64,000 nt of DNA from an uncultured delta proteobacterium (GTDB taxonomy: Bacteria; Desulfobacterota; Desulfomonilia; Desulfomonilales; Desulfomonilaceae). The position numbers were made by a program, and so were the translations under genes. Shown here piece by piece: positions 49,232-60,409 of this stretch; position 1 is the first letter of the stretch; each line of letters starts with the position of its first letter. The notes under the pieces were generated by a model. The model did not search any database. It had not been told where the DNA came from and worked only from the letters and a program-made list of their open reading frames with translations. The DNA is taken from NCBI GenBank assembly GCA_963789265.1, contig CAWBKB010000001.1:1856001-1920000 (forward strand), given 5' to 3'.

Positions 49232-52200
49232 TCCTCTGAAAAGGCCGCCGGACCAGGACCAACGGGACACAGTTCTTAACGAACTCGACAAGACTCTGCT
49301 GGTCGAGGCGGCGGCCGGCACCGGCAAGACCACCGGCATGATCGGCCGAATGGTCAAACTGTTGGCATCAGGTAAATGCTCGATAGATGCTCTAGCTGCG
49401 GTGACTTTCACTCGTAAGGCTTCCGCGGAGTTGCGGGCCCGGTTTCAAGTTGAGTTGGAAAGAGCACACAGAAGCGCGGAAACTTTGTCAAGGAAACTTC
49501 TGTCCGAAGCCCTATCAGGGATCGAACGATGCTTCATAGGGACGATCCATTCTTTTTGCGCCAGAATGTTGCGCGAGCGTCCTGTGGAAGCCGGGGAGGA
49601 CTTGGCTTTCGAGGAGATTGATGAGGCAACAGATCAGGAGCTACGGCAGCTAGCCTGGGACCAATATGTGTCAAATCTCTATGCTTCCGATTCTCCCATA
49701 CTGGCGGAGTTAGAGGCCGTTGGAGTTGAGGTGGGCCAGCTCCAAGAGGCTTTCATGAAATTTGCCGATTATCCCGATGTGGACGAATGGCCGGCCAGAG
49801 TGCTTCCTGCGCCTGACCTCGGGCCCGCGCTGGAGCAACTGGCCGAGTACGTCCGTCATATTGGACGGCTTGCCGTGTCCCTCCCAGAAGACTCCGGAAA
49901 CGATACGCTCATTCCCAAGTATCGAATCATCCCCCTCATGTTTCGACAGCTCAAGCATCGTAGGCCCCACGAGATAGTCGAGATCCTCTCTCAGGTCACC
50001 AAAGTGAAAATTGTGAAGAAGAAACTGGCCGGAGGGGAGTCGGCAAGCGTTAGATGAGCTGCAAAGGTGGGACAATTTCCGAGAGGAAATAGCTGAACCC
50101 ATAATGAAGTCGTGGCTCGAGTTCAAGTATGAACCGCTGATGAGAGCCATTCGGCCCGCGACAGAAATTTATGACGAGCTGAGAATGAAGTCCGGAAGAC
50201 TCAATTATCAGGACCTTCTCATGCACGCGGCTCGACTTCTTAGAGACAAGCCATCGGTCAGGGAATATTTTCGCCGACGGTTCACTCGTATCCTGGTTGA
50301 TGAATTCCAGGACACCGATCCAATCCAGGCTGAGGTCTTGATGTTCCTCACATCCGACGATCCACTGGAGCAGGATTGGCGCAGGTGTCGGCCGATTCCC
50401 GGCTCTCTGTTTGTCGTAGGAGACCCGAAGCAGTCTATCTACCGGTTTCGCCGGGCCGACATCGTAACGTACAATCAGGTCAAAGAGATCATCCGGCGCA
50501 ACGGAGGCCAAGTGGTGCATCTTTCGGCCAATTTCCGGACGCTCCCGCCCCTTGTTGATTGGGTCAATGAAACGTTTGAGGAGAAGTTCCGAGAATATCC
50601 GACCGAGTGTTCCCCCGAATATGTGCCCCTTTTACCGGTACGAGGTGCCGAGACCAAGGCAGGTATTGTCAGTGTTCGGACGCTGTGGATACCCAAGGCA
50701 TACCGGAACAACGACCAAATAGGGGAATACGAGGGCGGTATGATCGCCGGCACGATCCGACATGCGCTGGACAAGGGGCTCACTCTACCCCGGACTGAGA
50801 AAGAAGCCGCGGCAGGAGTGCCCAAACGAGTCCACCCGGGAGATTTTCTTATCGTGACCCCGACGACAGGTAAACTGGGCGTTTACAGCAGGAAACTTCA
50901 GGAGTTGGGGATTCCTCATCTCGTTACCGGCGGAAGTGCGATGAATCAAGTTCAGGAACTGATGTTGTTGCACACCTGCCTTGTTGCTGCTACCCAACCC
51001 GAAAATCCCGTGGCTCTGGTCGCTGCCCTAAGAAGTGAACTCTTCGGCATGAGCGATCAGGCTCTGTATGATTTCAAACAGTGCGGAGGTCAATTTTCCT
51101 TTCACAGCTCGATTCCGAATGCCCTCGACTTGCAGGCAAGCCGCGCCTTTGCGGACGCATTCGACCGCCTGCGAAAATATGCGCTCTGGCTGTTACGGTT
51201 TCCGGCTGTCTCTGCCATCGAAAGGATATCGGACGACCTTGGGCTTGCGGCTCGAGCGTGTGCCGGTCCCGGAGGCGATGTTCAAGCTGGGAGTCTGGCC
51301 AAGGCCATAGAATTGTTGCGTGACGCTCAGACCGAACACTGGACGGTGGCCGGACTGGTAGAGAGTTTGGGCAAGTTCATTCAAGAGGACGAGACTCATG
51401 ACGCGATACCTGCGAGACCTCCCGAAATACCAGTTGTCAGAGTCATGAATCTGCACAAAGTAAAGGGCCTTGAGGCTCCTGTGGTCTTTCTGGCGGATCC
51501 GACAGGAAACAAAACCCACCCGGTGGATTTGCACATAGACCGTTCAGGAGACAGGGTTTGCGGATACATGGCCATCGAAGGCAATGTCTTGGGGAGGGGT
51601 AGAAAGGCGGTCCTGGCTCTGCCGGAGCAATGGGAGTCTTTTGCCGACAAAGAAGAGCAATTTCAGCAAGCTGAAGTTCTCCGCCTCCGTTACGTTGCGG
51701 CCACCAGGGCTGGATGTCGGCTCATAGTTTCACAGCGGGAGAATTTTCAGAATCTGAACCCTTGGGCATTCTTTGAACCTCACCTGACCGACCAGCCTTC
51801 GCTCTCTGAGCCGGGTCCGCAAAAGGCCGACATCGACACTCCAATTACTGTTAGCGAACAAGAAGTGTCCAAGGGGGTAGCTGCGATTGGTCAAAAGTGG
51901 ATCAATGCGGTCCCAAACACCTATTCAGTCGCCTCAGTGAAAAAGGAGGCCCTGGAAAAAGAGAGAATCCTCTACCATCACGGCGAGCACGGCGTCGAAT
52001 GGGGTTCCGTGATACACCTGCTCCTGCAAACCGCGATGACCGTACCCGACTCCAAGTTGGACGCATTAGCCCGGGCCGCACTGTCGGAGCAGGGTCTCGA
52101 CCCGGCGCTGGCTGAACATGCTCTCGAAACGGTCGCGTCGGTTACGAGATCGGAAGTGTGGAAACGTGCCCTGGACAGCCAACGTCGGCTGGTGGAAACG

Positions 52201-52476
52201 CCCTTCCAGAGGCTGATGCCGGACAAAGAAACGAATCGTGGGACGATTCTGAGAGGTGTCATAGACCTTGCCTTCCTGGAAGAAGCAGGCGGTTGGGTGA
52301 TCGTTGATTACAAGACTGATCGTGTCGCCAAGGAACGAATGCCCGAGCTTGTCGATTTGTATCGTCCCCAGGTGATCGGTTACTCGGAAGCATGGGAGCA
52401 GATTACCGGTCAATCGGTGAGTGAGGTTGGCCTATATTTTATCCATGTTCAAAGTTATGTGAAAATAGGAATGTAG
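49221..52476 (+). CDS. addA: AddA-like UvrD helicase-nuclease; +1 frameshift near 50023
   Basis: AAAGTGKT, TFTRKA, VDEFQDT, VGDPKQSIYRFR, HKVKGLE, YVAATRA, GVIDL...VDYKTD. Confidence 0.85.
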
Positions 52477-52495
52477 CGATAATACGGGACAGCAA

Positions 52496-53047
52496 TCAAA
52501 GGCCCTTGATCCTGTATACGATATTCTGATCCAAGTCCTTCTGATCCAAGTCGATTTCGGCAATCCCTCTGCGAACCAGCTCTTGTATTATTTTGTCGGC
52601 CTTATCGAATGAAACGTCCAATTCCAGAGCCAATCTTGCAGCAGTGAGCGAATTCCCATATTTCATGGCCACAAGAAGAGCTTCATTGGTGTCTTTCAGC
52701 CGGGGGCGCCACGCCATGAGCGCGCTGCCCAACCCGATCATTGCCAGCCCGGTCAGTACTGTCTGCGGCCCGATCAGCGAAAATGCGTACAAAGGACAGG
52801 AGCCCAGAATGGTGACCGCGCCGAGAATCACCAGCCCTCTGCCCCCCCACTTTCGCCGCGAGGCTTTTTGAGCACGTTCTTTCAGGTGTTCTTGGATTAT
52901 CTCTCTGGTGTTGAAAGGCCTTTCTCGGCCGGTCGTAACCGTCCGCGGAGTTTCCTCCTCAAGAGGTCTCTCCCGCGTGGTGGGCCGTTCGTATTGATTA
53001 TGATCTGATGGCTTGTATTCTTCCACGTGGCTTTCCACCGGCAGCAT
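52496..53047 (-). CDS. Hypothetical membrane protein (two TM helices, C-terminal winged-helix-like region)
   Basis: Two hydrophobic segments followed by LTAARLALELDVSFDKADKIIQELVRRG. Confidence 0.6.
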   Translation of the reverse strand: MLPVESHVEEYKPSDHNQYERPTTRERPLEEETPRTVTTGRERPFNTREIIQEHLKERAQKASRRKWGGRGLVILGAVTILGSCPLYAFSLIGPQTVLTGLAMIGLGSALMAWRPRLKDTNEALLVAMKYGNSLTAARLALELDVSFDKADKIIQELVRRGIAEIDLDQKDLDQNIVYRIKGL

Positions 53048-53101
53048 CTGGAATTTGTAGACGTTTCCATCTTATCAGCAGGTTGAAACTATGTCCACGG
53101 A

Positions 53102-54656
53102 TCATGGGGAATCGGTTCCCGGTGTCGGAGATGGATCGGGGTATTCTCGCTGCCGGGTCATTGAGATGCTCTGCCATTCCTTCCGGGTGCCTTGAAAAAC
53201 CATTCGCCCGTAATTCAGAGCAGCCACATGGGTAAGCCAGGAAAACAATTCGTCTTTACGATGGCTCACGTAAATCACACATGTGTCTGCACAACCGAAT
53301 TCCTCCACGATTGACAGTATCTTGTCCCTGGCGTCGGAGTCCAGCCCGGACAGCGGTTCATCCAGCAGGAGGATTCTCGGTTTGTTGACTACCGCTCTCA
53401 TGACCAAAAGCATCCTGATCTGTCCATACGACAAGGTGCGGACTTCGCGATTCTCCAACCTCTCAACGCCTAACAGTTGGAACCATGATCGAGCACTCTC
53501 AACTTGAGATTGCGCCGGCTCGTCAAATAGGCCGATGCTTCCGTATAACCCAGAAAGAACCATGTCCAAGCCGGTCTGACCGGATGCGTGCATTGCCTGG
53601 AAATCCGGTGTGACGAGGCTTATCCCATTCCGAATTTCCCAGAGACTCTGACAGTCATTGCGTCCGAATCGGCGTATGTTTCCGCCCCATACCGGTCGTA
53701 ATTCTCCCGCGATGAGCTTAAGCAGAGTAGTTTTACCTGAACCGTTCTTCCCTAATAGCGCCCAGTTTTGACCGCTGTCTATTGTCCAATTTATCCGTTC
53801 AAGAATCTTCGTGCCGTCTTGAAAGACATCCACATCTTCCATTTGAATGAGAGATTCACTCGAAATATTCTGCGGTTTCGTTTCTAAAGTTCTCCCAACT
53901 GCGACTTTGTGCTTGCTCTTCGATTTGGTAATTGAGCCGGTAGACACGTCTGAAATTCTGCCCTGGTCCAGTATTTTCCCCGATTGAAGAACCAGAGCGT
54001 GCGTAATGCTCGCGGGGATCTCGTTGACATCGTATGCAGCGCATAGAATCTGCGTTCCTTGATCTGTCACACGTTGGAGCAACCCCATCATCATATCTTT
54101 GGAGCGAGCATCCAAGCCCGTGAATATTTCGTCCAGAAAAAGAAAAATCGGCGATTGAACCATTGCTCGGGCGATCAGGATCTTCTTGGTTTCCCCCTGC
54201 GACATGGTCAGGAGGCGCCGATTCGCCAATTCTTCTATCCCCAAGGTTGCCATGACATTGCTCGCGGCCTCAAGTCCGGCCTCATCCTGATTCCCTGAAA
54301 GAATAGGAGTATCCTGAAAACCCGAACTTACTACTTCCAGGCCCAACAGATTCCACCCCATAGTCCTGTACACGTCGAGAAGCTCGGATGAAACCGAGAC
54401 CGGTTTTCTCGCGGAACCCAATGGGAGTCACCGCGGCCTGACCGTTTGTATGATAGCTGCGTCGCCCCGCTCCCGGCACGGGCCAGATATCGCCGCGAAC
54501 GAGGCTAAGAAAAGTCGATTTACCGGAAGCGTTTCCGCCTAACACCGCCCAGTTTTCACCAGCACGCCAGAGCCACGTCAAGTGAGACAAAATAGTGGAC
54601 TTGCCGATTCTGACCGACACGTCATCGAGTTCAACCAAGACTTTTGATGCTTCCAT
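53102..54656 (-). CDS. Dual-domain ABC ATPase (ModF-like); +1 frameshift near 54394
   Basis: Two Walker A motifs (GGNASGKST, GKNGSGKTT), MSQGE and LSYGQ signatures, LDE motifs. Confidence 0.85.
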
Positions 54657-54903
54657 ACTTTGCTCGCCGCAAAAAGATTTCTCTCTGGATCATGGCGTTT
54701 GAAATGAAAACTAGCGCCCACGCAGCATGATGTCAATCGTAGGTGGTGCCGGAGACGTCGGAGCTGAATATCACAAAACTCTCTGGCGGGGTTATTCCGC
54801 TTCTTCTTCTGTCAGTTCAATCGAACTTCAGGGAGATTCATTCTTGACCAGTGGAAAGGGATTTATGTAAAGTAACATTATACTGTGTGAAAAGGAAAAA
54901 CCA

Positions 54904-55854
54904 GTGGTCCGAAAGCGTGTCAGTGAAGAGGAGTCTATGTTCCGCGACTTGGCAGAACAATGCCCGGTTGGGGTTTTCCTGTTCCAAGACGGCAAGCTCA
55001 AGTACGTGAACCCGAAGCTCGCCGCCATGCACGGCTACACGGCCGACCAGTTGGTCACAATCAAACAGAAGGACCTGGTCCACCCTGACGATCTGCCGCA
55101 GCTTGATGAGCACGTACGCAAGAGACTCTCCGGCGAGCGTTCGCCGAAGGCATTCATCTTTCGGGGCCTCACAAAAGACGGTGGAACCGTCTACATTGAA
55201 AATTACGATTGCCGCCTCACGATCTCTCAAGGACATGCCGCCATCGTAGGTACCGCCATCGACGTTACGGAGCGCAGAAAGACCGAAGAGGAGCTGAGAA
55301 CGTACCGGGAGCAACTCGAAGAACTGGTTGATGAGCGGACCGAGCAGCTTCTTGGACTCAACGAGCAACTTCGGCGAGACATCCAGAAACGTGTGGAGGC
55401 AGAGAAGGCCCTAGAGATCAAGTCGCTCAATCTCGAAGAAGCGAACACCGCTCTCAAGGTCCTGCTCAAGCAGCGGGAGAATGACAAGCGGGAACTGGAG
55501 GAAAACGTCGCCTCACAAGTGAAGGAGAGAGTGCTCCGGTTCATAAGGTTGTTAAAAGAGACAAAGTTAGATGCGAACCAGACCCTTCTTGTCGATGTCG
55601 TCGAGCAAAACCTCCGCGACATTATTACCACCTTTCCCACGAGGATGAATACAGTCGGGTTTACACCGAAAGAAATGGAAGTGATCCTCCTGATCAGAGA
55701 GGGCACGACAACGAAGCAAATTGCCCAGCTTCTCCACGTCGGCATGGACGCGGTCAGCCGACACAGGTACCATATTAGGAAAAAACTGGGCCTGGACGGC
55801 AAAGGAAGCAACCTCCGGTCTTACCTTATGTCCCTCGATAGCGCCTCGCCTTAA
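54904..55854 (+). CDS. PAS-domain LuxR-family transcriptional regulator
   Basis: PAS (YVNP...VHPDD...DVTERR), coiled coil, FTPKEMEV...TTKQIA...HRYHIRKKLG. Confidence 0.9.
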   Translation: MVRKRVSEEESMFRDLAEQCPVGVFLFQDGKLKYVNPKLAAMHGYTADQLVTIKQKDLVHPDDLPQLDEHVRKRLSGERSPKAFIFRGLTKDGGTVYIENYDCRLTISQGHAAIVGTAIDVTERRKTEEELRTYREQLEELVDERTEQLLGLNEQLRRDIQKRVEAEKALEIKSLNLEEANTALKVLLKQRENDKRELEENVASQVKERVLRFIRLLKETKLDANQTLLVDVVEQNLRDIITTFPTRMNTVGFTPKEMEVILLIREGTTTKQIAQLLHVGMDAVSRHRYHIRKKLGLDGKGSNLRSYLMSLDSASP

Positions 55855-55918
55855 CGCAAGGCATCCGCTCTCGAAATCCGCCTTAGCCACACGCCACCTA
55901 CACTCTGTAATCCTTATA

Positions 55919-55948
55919 TTGGACCACATTGATACCGATGTGGTCCAA
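55919..55948. promoter_or_regulatory. Perfect 11-bp inverted repeat, candidate operator
   Basis: TTGGACCACAT-N8-ATGTGGTCCAA, 75 bp upstream of the CocE-like gene; no U-tract. Confidence 0.5.
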
Positions 55949-56022
55949 ACTTTATCGTATTCCAACCCGCTTTGCGTAGCTGTATGTACTTAGAACAAAT
56001 TCACTAGAGCGGAGGTTCTGGT

Positions 56023-57777
56023 ATGTCGGGTTACATAAGCAAGCGGTACGCGAAAAATGTCGAGAAGTGGTCACAGCCAATCTACAAGGTGAAAGTGACA
56101 AAAAATGTGAAGGTGGAAATGCGCGATGGGGTGCATATCCTCGTCGATGTATACCAGCCCGACCTGGGCGAAGCCCAAAAATTCCCTGCACTTCTAGCCA
56201 TGTCGCCGTTCGGTAAGGACGTGCAAGAGATGCAGCGCTGGCTGCCGCCACAGAAATGGTACGAGTCCCCCATGTGGGACGGCAACATGGAGGTCGGCGA
56301 CATAGACTACTTGGTGTCTCGCGGCTACGCGCTAGTGGTGGCCGACCCGAGGGGTATTGGTCACTCCGAAGGCGAGTATCTGGGGCTTCTTGGGTCGATG
56401 GGGCAAGACGGCTATGACACCGTGGAGTGGATCGCCGCTCAATCGTGGTGCAACTGTGATGTGGGCATGACGGGAATATGCATCTTCTCGGCGGCCCAAG
56501 AACTCGTAGCTGCTCTTCGACCACCGCATCTGAAAGTGATAGCCCCCTTTGAGGTCTGGGGAGATGTCTACCGGGGTCTTGCCTACCACGGGGGCATACT
56601 CTTTGCCATGCAGCACTCCGTCTACAAAGGAAAACACGAGAACGACGATGGGTGGACGCTGGGAAAAGTCACATCAATCATGAGGAGCACGAGATCAAAA
56701 GAAGAGATAGATGCCCTCGTCGAAGAGGCGGTCAAAAACCCGGACATAAAATACAACACCAAGTTCTATGCGATGCTTAAGTATCCGGAAAATGATCCGA
56801 TATTCTTCGATTTCCTGCTCAATCCGTTCGACGGGCCTTTCTGGTGGGACATGTCCCCCCACACGAAGTTTGATAAGATCGACGTCCCAGTCTATGCCGC
56901 CTCGCCCTGGTGTATCGAAATATTCCTCCTCAATATCTTTGACATGTACGAGAAGATAAAGTCTCCCATTAGGCTCTTCCTTTGGCCTCCGGGTCATGTG
57001 GAGAGACCCCACCACGAATTCCATGACGAACTGGTGAGGTGGTTCGACTACCATCTCAAAGGCATAGATACGGGAATCATGGACGAGCCGCCGATAAAAA
57101 TGTTCGTGGTTGGCGCAAATAGGTGGCGATACGAAAACGAATGGCCCTTAGCGAGGACAGAGTGGACGAAGATGTACCTCCACCCGTATGGCCGTCTGGT
57201 GCCGCAGACACTTGCAAGCGATTTCGAGCCTGACGGATTCTCTCAGGCGCCGCCCTCGGTGACGGCAAAGCTCAACGCCGTAGAGTACAGCACCTCCCCG
57301 TTCCCTCAAGACACAGAAATCACCGGTCCCGTGGCCCTTTACCTTCACGCCGAAATCGACAATACCGATACCAATTTCATGGTCGACCTTTTCGATGTGA
57401 CTCCATCAGGCGAACAGATGCCCCTGAGCAGGGGTTATCTCAAGGCGTCCCATAGGGCCCTCGATGAAGCGAGGTCGAAACCATATAAACCTTATCACCC
57501 CCACACGGGCTCAGAGCCGGTCGATCCGGGAAAAATATATGAATATGCCATCGAGCTCATGCCGCTCTCCGTCGTAATGAAAGCGGGCCACTCGTTGAAG
57601 CTGGTTATCAGAAATCAGGACGATCTGATGGACCGCTTGGGCCTCTGGGGTCTCTACCATCTGCCCCAGAGCAACACGGTAACCCACAAGATTTTTAGGG
57701 ACAAGGACCATCAATCCCATCTGCTGCTCCCATTCATTCCGGTAACGGATGGCTCTTCCTGGGTTGACGCGGAGTAA
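56023..57777 (+). CDS. CocE/NonD family hydrolase (nucleophile elbow reads GICIF)
   Basis: VEMRDGV, DPRGIGHSEG, DGYDTVEWIAAQSWC, EITGP, LSRGYLKASHR C-terminal domain. Confidence 0.9.
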   Translation: MSGYISKRYAKNVEKWSQPIYKVKVTKNVKVEMRDGVHILVDVYQPDLGEAQKFPALLAMSPFGKDVQEMQRWLPPQKWYESPMWDGNMEVGDIDYLVSRGYALVVADPRGIGHSEGEYLGLLGSMGQDGYDTVEWIAAQSWCNCDVGMTGICIFSAAQELVAALRPPHLKVIAPFEVWGDVYRGLAYHGGILFAMQHSVYKGKHENDDGWTLGKVTSIMRSTRSKEEIDALVEEAVKNPDIKYNTKFYAMLKYPENDPIFFDFLLNPFDGPFWWDMSPHTKFDKIDVPVYAASPWCIEIFLLNIFDMYEKIKSPIRLFLWPPGHVERPHHEFHDELVRWFDYHLKGIDTGIMDEPPIKMFVVGANRWRYENEWPLARTEWTKMYLHPYGRLVPQTLASDFEPDGFSQAPPSVTAKLNAVEYSTSPFPQDTEITGPVALYLHAEIDNTDTNFMVDLFDVTPSGEQMPLSRGYLKASHRALDEARSKPYKPYHPHTGSEPVDPGKIYEYAIELMPLSVVMKAGHSLKLVIRNQDDLMDRLGLWGLYHLPQSNTVTHKIFRDKDHQSHLLLPFIPVTDGSSWVDAE

Positions 57778-57845
57778 CAGGCTGCCAATAGAGGCGCCCG
57801 TGGCCCATCAACCGGCTACGAGCGCCCCAGGGGAGGAGGGTGATT

Positions 57846-59117
57846 ATGAAGTATTCGACTCGCTTGCTTCTGCTACTCATGTTTAGTTGGGGAATGATCG
57901 GACTGGAACGCATGGTCATGGCCTTCGTCATGCCCGCCATCCAGCAGGACTTCAAGCTAAGTTACACTGAAGTGGGAGCACTGATCTCAGCATTCGGATT
58001 CGCTTGGGCCCTGGGCACCTGGTCGATGGGCAGCCTGTCCGATTACATCGGAAGGCGGCTAGTCATCGTCGTTCTCATGATCTTCGGAGGGGTCTGCAGT
58101 TGGCTCACAGGGATCGCCGGCACCTTCGTGATGCTGCTAACAATTCGCGCCATCATGGGGTTTGCGGAAGGGGGAATAGCGGGCCCCGCTTCTGCTGCCT
58201 TGGCGGAAGAGTCGCCGCCCCAGCACCGTGGAAGGAACCTGGGGTTAATGACAGGGTCCTTCGTGTTTCTGGGCGGTGCTGTTGGACCGGTGCTCAGCAC
58301 CAAGCTCATGGCCTCTTTCGGCTGGAGGCCCGTGTTCTTCATCTATGCTATACCCGCTATACTTTTGGGAATTCTCCTCTTCTTGGTCATGCGTGAACCC
58401 GCTTCGGTACAGGCTACGATAAAGGCCCGCAAAGAGGGGAAGGCCCACCGGAAAAGACTGGAGGTCGGGGCGCCAGAGATCACGTACATGGACGTCTTCA
58501 AGAATCGAAATGTGATCTTGATGATTTTCATCTGGACGGCACAGATGGTGTGGATGTGGCTCTTCACTACCTTCGGCGTGATGTTTCTGACCAAGGTTCA
58601 CCACTTGCCAGTTATGACAGTGGGTCTGGCCATGACCGGGTTCGGCGTCGGGGCCTGCCTGGGAACGTTTATCTTCGGCGCAGTGTCCGACCGGCTGGGG
58701 AGAAGAAAAGCCATCGTGCTTAGCCAGTTCGCTGGAGGGTTTCTCGGGATTATATTTGCATCTATCCAACCCGGTACTCCCTTGGTACTTATCTTCGCGT
58801 TTATACTCGCCTATTCCTTTGCATCGTCCGGGGCAGGTGGGGCGAGTTGGATCATGACCGCGGAGTCTGTGGGTTTTTCTTTGGCCGCTACTGCCATAGG
58901 GCTCGTCACTGGTGCAGGCGAACTTCTAGGTGGTGGCATCTTCCCTATCATAGGTGGGAGCCTCGCCGACTGGATGGGTCTGTCTTCGACATTGTATTTG
59001 ACAGGATTCGTTCTGATCGTTTCTGGTATTCTCGGCCTGTTCTTGAAGGAAGTGTCCTTGCAAGCCGGCACTGAGGACATTCCCGATACGGCGAGGCCGG
59101 TCGTGACCTCGACGTGA
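57846..59117 (+). CDS. MFS transporter (paralogue of 7785..9095)
   Basis: SDYIGRR, SDRLGRR; about 12 TM; SD ggagg. Confidence 0.92.
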   Translation: MKYSTRLLLLLMFSWGMIGLERMVMAFVMPAIQQDFKLSYTEVGALISAFGFAWALGTWSMGSLSDYIGRRLVIVVLMIFGGVCSWLTGIAGTFVMLLTIRAIMGFAEGGIAGPASAALAEESPPQHRGRNLGLMTGSFVFLGGAVGPVLSTKLMASFGWRPVFFIYAIPAILLGILLFLVMREPASVQATIKARKEGKAHRKRLEVGAPEITYMDVFKNRNVILMIFIWTAQMVWMWLFTTFGVMFLTKVHHLPVMTVGLAMTGFGVGACLGTFIFGAVSDRLGRRKAIVLSQFAGGFLGIIFASIQPGTPLVLIFAFILAYSFASSGAGGASWIMTAESVGFSLAATAIGLVTGAGELLGGGIFPIIGGSLADWMGLSSTLYLTGFVLIVSGILGLFLKEVSLQAGTEDIPDTARPVVTST

Positions 59118-59317
59118 CAGTGCCAGGTGGAACGCATCGAGCCTTGACGCGGTGCAGTTTGAAAGAGGCAGGAAAACACCAGAGGCGAAGGTTTGGGAAC
59201 ATCTGCCGCAAAACACCAAATCTTTGTCTTGAGAAATTCTTGGGCTGTGGACGTCTACCGTCCTGATGGAGCGCTTTGATGAAATGCTCGGGCTGATCAG
59301 AAAAGGAGATAAGTCTA

Positions 59318-59764
59318 ATGATTCCGAAGAAAATCCTTGTCTGCACTGACTTCTCGGAAAACTCACGGCAGGCGCGTGAGACCGCGGCTGACTACGCTCA
59401 AGCCTTTGGAGCGCGGATTGCCATCTTGCACGTGATTAACTCTTCAAGGCTGGGGTTCCCTGCGTTCGAGACGGCGGTTAACGTTGAGGAAGTGCTTAAG
59501 GTTGTAACTGATTCAGTTGAAAAGGGGTTTAGGACACTTGTGGATGAGTACAAAAAAATCGATGTCGGGGTGACCACCCATTCACGCGTCGGTGTGCCGG
59601 CTAACGAGATAGTTCGCTTCGCCGAGGAAGAGTCGGTGGACCTCATAGTCATGGGTACACACGGTTGGACCGGGTTCAAGCACCTGGTCCTCGGCAGCAC
59701 GGCAGAGAACGTGGTACGTACGGCCAAATGTCCTGTGCTGACGGTGAAGTCGTCATCAGACTAA
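59318..59764 (+). CDS. Universal stress protein
   Basis: KILVCTDFSE, DLIVMGTHG...LGSTAENVVRTAKCPVL. Confidence 0.93.
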   Translation: MIPKKILVCTDFSENSRQARETAADYAQAFGARIAILHVINSSRLGFPAFETAVNVEEVLKVVTDSVEKGFRTLVDEYKKIDVGVTTHSRVGVPANEIVRFAEEESVDLIVMGTHGWTGFKHLVLGSTAENVVRTAKCPVLTVKSSSD

Positions 59765-60049
59765 CCTCAATGGCAGAGCTTCGCGTATGAGGTTCAGGAC
59801 GGCGCGGTAGTCTACGTATAAGCAAGCCCGTAGACTTCAGTCCCGTGCGGAAAGCGAACATGGTCGTGCGGACTGCGATCTCAAGTGTGTGTTCGTGGGC
59901 GTAAGTCAACGCAGGGTAGTTCCGCCAGCGGCGGGACTACCCTGGATCGGAGTCCGGAAAGCAGGGCAAATCGGACAAGAATTTTGCCACTTCTCATAAT
60001 CGGAAGCAAAATGGATTTCCATCAAGCGAAATGGAAACCCCATGGGCTG

Positions 60050-60367
60050 TTAGCCGTACTGCACAACATCCCAGATGCGATCTGGCGTCGGCGGCTCTTC
60101 CTCTTTTTTTTCCTCGTCATCACCCGCGGCTATGAATGTGCGAGACTCGCGGAGAACTTGAGAAACATAGCCGGCAACCCCGGTTAGCCATTCTTCGGCT
60201 TGCAAATGCTTCGACAAAACCGCGGGATGTTGGCCGGGGATTACTGCGCTCGCCGCGTCCGCGCAATACCAAGCACTAACGCCTTCAGGAGAAGAGAAGA
60301 TGGCTGTTCCGTACGCTATGATTGCGACAAAAGCTGTTATAAGTAATGCCAAGAAAATCCTTTTCAT
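60050..60367 (-). CDS. Small hypothetical exported protein
   Basis: MKRIFLALLITAFVAIIA signal-like N-terminus; SD gaggag; acidic/Pro-rich C-terminus. Confidence 0.55.
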   Translation of the reverse strand: MKRIFLALLITAFVAIIAYGTAIFSSPEGVSAWYCADAASAVIPGQHPAVLSKHLQAEEWLTGVAGYVSQVLRESRTFIAAGDDEEKKEEEPPTPDRIWDVVQYG

Positions 60368-60409
60368 TTGCAAGAACTCCTCTCAGAGATCGCGAAATTC
60401 TTCAATTCT

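Noticed and set aside
46057..52476. Novel four-gene defence nuclease-helicase system
   Set aside because: The four ORFs collapse into an ordinary addB-addA pair after two single-base corrections
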